Assembly (NCBI RefSeq): GCF_004376175.1
Contig: NZ_SNUY01000016.1
Coordinates: 1-32,000 of the forward strand
Direction: 5' to 3'
DNA: 32,000 nucleotides
Source: Halalkalibacterium halodurans
Lineage (GTDB): Bacteria > Bacillota > Bacilli > Bacillales > Bacillaceae_D
The notes beneath the pieces were generated by a model. That model ran no database searches and was not told where the DNA came from. It was given only the letters and a program-made list of their open reading frames with translations. Positions 26,646-32,000 of the stretch are shown piece after piece (position 1 is the stretch's first letter; each line of letters starts with the position of its first letter). Made by a program: the position numbers and the translations under genes.

Positions 26646-27557
26646 ATGAAAAAAATGGCCATTTCATTCACAGCAGCAACGATGCTTTTAAGTGGTCTCG
26701 CCGCATGTGGTGGAGATCCAGCTGCACAAGATATGCAAACGCATAACCGTCGTGTAGGCTTTGAAGCTCAAGACATGAGTGGTGCTTATACTGCTAATCG
26801 CTATCGCGGACAAGGTCCTGTAACAGATATGATGACGCCTGATTACCGTGGAGGTGCCTACGGACGCCTAGACCAACATGGCGCTCGGGGCGGACTTCAC
26901 CGTGGAGCAGGTCATGGTACGCATATGGGGACATATGATACGGTACGACCAGGCGCTGGTTTTACTCGTGATGGAGTTGCCCCGCACGGTCGTGGACCAG
27001 GAATACGAGCTGGTATTACCGGAAATGACCGTCCTGGAATGGTTGATGATGATGGTATCATTAATCCATTAAATCGAGGGCGTCAAGGTGCGATGGGAGG
27101 ACAGACTCATCGTCAAAGAGCATTAACCCAACAAGATCGAGCAGTACCACGCCAAGAAGGAAGACAACACCTTCGTGGAACAGTGACCGACGATCAAGTT
27201 CGCTACCATAAAGAGTACGACGGAGAAACGGTTCAAAACATTGTACAGCGTGTGGAACGTTTGGACGATGTTGAAGACTGTCGCGTTGTTGCCCATAACG
27301 GGGATATCGTTGTTGCAGTCCAAACACGAGGAGATCAAGAAGATGTCCGTCGTGATGTAAAACGGACGGTTGAAAAGATGACGGATGATGATAAAGATGT
27401 TTACGTTGTCACAGATGCCGATGTGTTTGACCGAGTGCGTACGATGGATGACCGTCTCCGTACTGGAGCGGCTTGGAACGAAGTCAAGGCCACTTTTAGA
27501 ACGATGTTAGAAGATCTTGGTCGCGCAGCACAACGTCCGTTTGAACGAACTCGATAG
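26646..27557 (+). CDS. coxA: Spore lipoprotein of the YhcN/YlaJ family, CoxA-like, with an expanded low-complexity N-terminal half
   Basis: Lipobox LSGLAAC|GG. The C-terminal domain (CRVVAHNGDIVVAVQTRGD...VYVVTDADVFDRV) resembles YlaJ/YhcN. Position between safA and bofC is as in B. subtilis. Confidence 0.6.
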   Translation: MKKMAISFTAATMLLSGLAACGGDPAAQDMQTHNRRVGFEAQDMSGAYTANRYRGQGPVTDMMTPDYRGGAYGRLDQHGARGGLHRGAGHGTHMGTYDTVRPGAGFTRDGVAPHGRGPGIRAGITGNDRPGMVDDDGIINPLNRGRQGAMGGQTHRQRALTQQDRAVPRQEGRQHLRGTVTDDQVRYHKEYDGETVQNIVQRVERLDDVEDCRVVAHNGDIVVAVQTRGDQEDVRRDVKRTVEKMTDDDKDVYVVTDADVFDRVRTMDDRLRTGAAWNEVKATFRTMLEDLGRAAQRPFERTR

Positions 27558-27567
27558 TCATTTTGGG

Positions 27568-27596
27568 AGGGGAGCTGTATTAGCTCCTCTTTTTCT
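27568..27596 (+). terminator. Terminator after coxA
   Basis: AGGGGAGCT-gtatt-AGCTCCTCT stem followed by TTTTT. Confidence 0.65.
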
Positions 27597-27690
27597 AATG
27601 TAAAGGACTTTTCCCTTGAACGAGTAAAATCCATAGAGTTTGGAAACACTTTCTACATAGATCGCTAATTATTTAAGGCGGTGGAGAACA

Positions 27691-28230
27691 ATGGAACAAT
27701 TCATTTTTATGAAAATGGTTTTTCGTTCGATTTTAGCAGTTATGGTGATCGTTAACTTTTTTCTCATTAGTTCGATTGTAGCCATGGGCGGGAATCAAAT
27801 TGCAGTGGCAGCTGAAACTCATTCGACCTCCATTTCAGTACGACTCGAACGTCACTACGTAGATGGTGAAATAAGTGAAGAGTATATAACCGAACCAATC
27901 GAGACGATTGAACAATTAATGGGGCAATACCATGGATGGATTTTTGTTTCTCAAAACGGAGACGAGATGATTTTAAAAAAGGATGTCCCAGACCTGTCTC
28001 CTTTAACAAAGGCTAATGGTTTTTTTAGTATTTCAAACGATGGACAGCTGAACCTGTACGATGGGTCAGCAGAAGAGCAGCCGATCATCCAATCGTTTTT
28101 TCGATTGGATACGAAAAAGTTGGAAAGTGGGCTTCACGATCAATTGCGGTCCGGCATTCGGATTGGGACCCTCGACGATTACCGAGAAGTACTTTCCATT
28201 TGTCTCCCGTATCGTCAAGAGGAAATGTAG
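27691..28230 (+). CDS. bofC: BofC, forespore regulator of the sigma-K checkpoint
   Basis: Signal or TM N-terminus and the BofC-like motif [16 protein letters not shown]. Position next to ruvA is as in B. subtilis. The exact start (27691 or a downstream Met) is uncertain. Confidence 0.7.
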   Translation: MEQFIFMKMVFRSILAVMVIVNFFLISSIVAMGGNQIAVAAETHSTSISVRLERHYVDGEISEEYITEPIETIEQLMGQYHGWIFVSQNGDEMILKKDVPDLSPLTKANGFFSISNDGQLNLYDGSAEEQPIIQSFFRLDTKKLESGLHDQLRSGIRIGTLDDYREVLSICLPYRQEEM

Positions 28231-28236
28231 AGACGC

Positions 28237-28268
28237 CCCCTTTTGCGGAAAAAGCAAGAGGGGTTTTT
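28237..28268 (+). terminator. Terminator after bofC
   Basis: CCCCTTTTGC-ggaaaaa-GCAAGAGGGG, 10 bp with one G.U wobble, followed by TTTTT. Confidence 0.7.
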
Positions 28269-28288
28269 CACGTACTTTCTTCTCGTTA

Positions 28289-28297
28289 TGCTACAAT
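28289..28297 (+). promoter_or_regulatory. Extended -10 element (TGcTACAAT) upstream of ruvA
   Basis: TGCTACAAT lies about 38 nt before the ruvA GTG. There is no good -35 box. Confidence 0.3.
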
Positions 28298-28334
28298 AAA
28301 GACGGACTTATTTTGTGGAAAGGAAGTACGAGCT

Positions 28335-28946
28335 GTGATTGATTACTTGCGAGGAACATTAACGGGTATTGACCATCAATATGCCGTCGTTGAGGTTCAT
28401 GGGGTGGGTTATCAAGTGTATTGCCCAAACCCATATGAGTTTGAAAAAGAACGGGATTCCGTGATCACCATTTATACATACCAATATGTTCGAGAAGATG
28501 TGATCCGCTTATATGGTTTTCGGACAAAGGAAAAGCGTTCATTGTTTGAGAAGCTTTTAAATGTTTCAGGCATAGGACCGAAAGGAGCACTTGCCATTTT
28601 AGCTACTGGTCAACCGGAGCATGTCATACAGGCGATTGAAGAGGAAGATGAGGCCTTTTTAGTCAAGTTTCCTGGCGTAGGAAAGAAAACAGCCCGACAA
28701 ATCATCCTTGATTTAAAAGGAAAAGTGGATGAATTGCCCCCAGGTCTTTTCTCTCAGAAGGAAGAGCAGCCAAAACCTCACGAGAAAAACGCTGGGAACC
28801 AGGATCTCGATGAGGCGATGGAGGCGCTAAAAGCACTAGGGTATGTGGAAAAAGAGCTTAAGAAAGTGAAGCCAAAACTCGAGCAGGAAACGTTAACGAC
28901 CGATGCGTATATTAAAAAAGCATTGCAGCTTATGTTGAACCGCTAA
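28335..28946 (+). CDS. ruvA: Holliday junction DNA helicase subunit RuvA
   Basis: GTG start at 28335 (SD GGAAAGGAAG). [10 protein letters not shown]-terminus. HhH motifs [11 protein letters not shown] and [15 protein letters not shown]. The tracked ORF start at 28200 overlaps bofC and the terminator. Confidence 0.9.
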   Translation: MIDYLRGTLTGIDHQYAVVEVHGVGYQVYCPNPYEFEKERDSVITIYTYQYVREDVIRLYGFRTKEKRSLFEKLLNVSGIGPKGALAILATGQPEHVIQAIEEEDEAFLVKFPGVGKKTARQIILDLKGKVDELPPGLFSQKEEQPKPHEKNAGNQDLDEAMEALKALGYVEKELKKVKPKLEQETLTTDAYIKKALQLMLNR

Positions 28947-28960
28947 GGGAGTGAACGAAC

Positions 28961-29962
28961 ATGGAAGAGCGTATGGTATCAGCGGAAGCACAAACAGAAG
29001 AAGCTGCGGTTGAACAAGGCATCCGACCGCATTCCTTTGAGCAGTACATTGGTCAAGAAAAAGTGAAGCAAAATTTAAAGGTCTTTATTGAGGCGGCAAA
29101 AATGCGCGAGGAAGCGTTAGATCATGTACTGCTTTACGGTCCCCCGGGACTAGGGAAAACGACACTTTCAGCGATCATCGCCAACGAATTAGGGGTGCAA
29201 ATGCGAACAACATCAGGTCCAGCGATTGAGCGACCAGGTGATTTGGCAGCTATTTTAACCGCGTTGGAACCGGGGGATGTTCTGTTTATTGATGAAATTC
29301 ATCGGTTAAACCGGATGGTGGAGGAAGTGCTCTATCCAGCCATGGAGGATTATTGTATCGATATTGTTATAGGCAAGGGACCAACGGCGCGCTCCGTCCG
29401 TCTTGATTTACCACCATTTACGCTTGTAGGGGCGACGACAAGGGCTGGGATGTTATCCTCGCCGCTTAGAGACCGATTTGGTGTGATGGCACGGTTGGAA
29501 TATTACAATGTGGAAGAACTGAAAACGATCATTGAGCGAACGGCCACCATATTCGATACAGTGCTTGAGCGAGACGCGTCGATTGAAATAGCCCGAAGAT
29601 CACGGGGGACGCCAAGAATCGCTAATCGTCTTTTGCGGAGGGTTCGTGACTTTGCTCAAGTTTCGGGGGATATGCGTATTTCCTTAAGCAGGGCGATTGA
29701 ATCCTTGGAACGATTACAGGTGGATCGGTTAGGATTGGATCATATTGACCATAAATTAATAAAAGGGATTATGACGAAGTTTAACGGAGGACCGGTTGGT
29801 CTAGAAACGATTTCGGCTACGATCGGTGAAGAGACTGACACAATTGAAGAAGTGTATGAACCGTATTTGCTGCAGATTGGCTTTTTGCAACGAACGCCTC
29901 GTGGACGCGTTGTGACACCACTTGCTTACGAGCATTTCAACATGGAGGTGCCAAATAAATGA
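28961..29962 (+). CDS. ruvB: Holliday junction DNA helicase RuvB
   Basis: AAA+ Walker [10 protein letters not shown], Walker B LFIDEIH and sensor motifs. Confidence 0.95.
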   Translation: MEERMVSAEAQTEEAAVEQGIRPHSFEQYIGQEKVKQNLKVFIEAAKMREEALDHVLLYGPPGLGKTTLSAIIANELGVQMRTTSGPAIERPGDLAAILTALEPGDVLFIDEIHRLNRMVEEVLYPAMEDYCIDIVIGKGPTARSVRLDLPPFTLVGATTRAGMLSSPLRDRFGVMARLEYYNVEELKTIIERTATIFDTVLERDASIEIARRSRGTPRIANRLLRRVRDFAQVSGDMRISLSRAIESLERLQVDRLGLDHIDHKLIKGIMTKFNGGPVGLETISATIGEETDTIEEVYEPYLLQIGFLQRTPRGRVVTPLAYEHFNMEVPNK

Positions 29963-30174
29963 ACATCCCCAAAATATTCATTACCCTTGGCATTGTTCTC
30001 ATTATCATCGGCATTCTTTGGCAAATCGGTGGTCGGTTTCTACCGCTCGGAAAATTACCAGGAGATATTTTAATTAAACGAGAAAATGCCACGTTTTATT
30101 TTCCGATCATGACGTCGATTATCATTAGTATCGTCCTATCGCTCATTTTGTTTTTGCTTGGACGATTTCGTTAA
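29959..30174 (+). CDS. Small membrane protein, DUF2905 family
   Basis: 71 aa with two TM helices and the conserved GKLPGDI motif. The start overlaps the ruvB stop (ATGA). Confidence 0.7.
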   Translation: MNIPKIFITLGIVLIIIGILWQIGGRFLPLGKLPGDILIKRENATFYFPIMTSIIISIVLSLILFLLGRFR

Positions 30175-30179
30175 CGTTC

Positions 30180-30209
30180 TTGCCAAAGTAGTCTTCGTTT
30201 TTGTAAGAT
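30180..30209 (+). promoter_or_regulatory. Possible sigma-A promoter for queA-tgt (TTGCCA-N18-TAAGAT)
   Basis: Pattern match only. Confidence 0.3.
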
Positions 30210-30251
30210 AGGAAAGATCGCAATTTGAACGGATGGAAAAGGTGACGAAAG

Positions 30252-32000
<1,749 letters not shown>

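Overview
The window is a chromosomal core region of an endospore-forming Bacillaceae genome. This call rests on B. subtilis-like sporulation genes and synteny, with AGGAGG-type ribosome-binding sites throughout. Nearly all large ORFs are recognisable from motifs and gene order.

Gene order, left to right:
- liaI-liaH-liaG-liaF-liaS-liaR, a cell-envelope stress module.
- An AT-rich orphan ORF on the minus strand.
- pbpF-like class A PBP, then hemE-hemH-hemY.
- A 550-bp gap with no intact gene.
- A nitronate monooxygenase gene broken by two homopolymer frameshifts.
- A ~950-bp patch of small ORFs and hairpins.
- A NitT/TauT-type ABC transporter operon (ATPase-permease-lipoprotein) on the minus strand.
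- spo0B-obg-pheB-pheA.
- niaR-nifS (minus strand) divergent from nadB-nadC-nadA.
- safA-coxA, then bofC.
- ruvA-ruvB-DUF2905-queA-tgt (tgt runs off the window).

I see no rRNA or tRNA, no CRISPR array, no transposase or integrase, and no recognisable defence or toxin genes. I therefore cannot honestly report a large novel multi-gene system.

The unexplained signals are small or non-coding:
1. A perfect TTGACA-N17-TATAAT promoter on the minus strand in the hemY-NMO gap. It points into ~350 nt with no usable ORF. That stretch has a 12-nt perfect anti-16S Shine-Dalgarno with no start codon, a distal CCUCC partner in a hairpin loop, and a terminator.
2. A minus-strand patch at 12.66-13.6 kb with strongly SD-preceded mini-ORFs, duplicated terminators and a structured ORF-free segment.
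3. A ~40-nt palindromic terminator element present twice in the window.
4. Recent in-frame tandem repeats in safA.

All functional names are inferred from motifs and synteny recalled from B. subtilis. No database search was possible.
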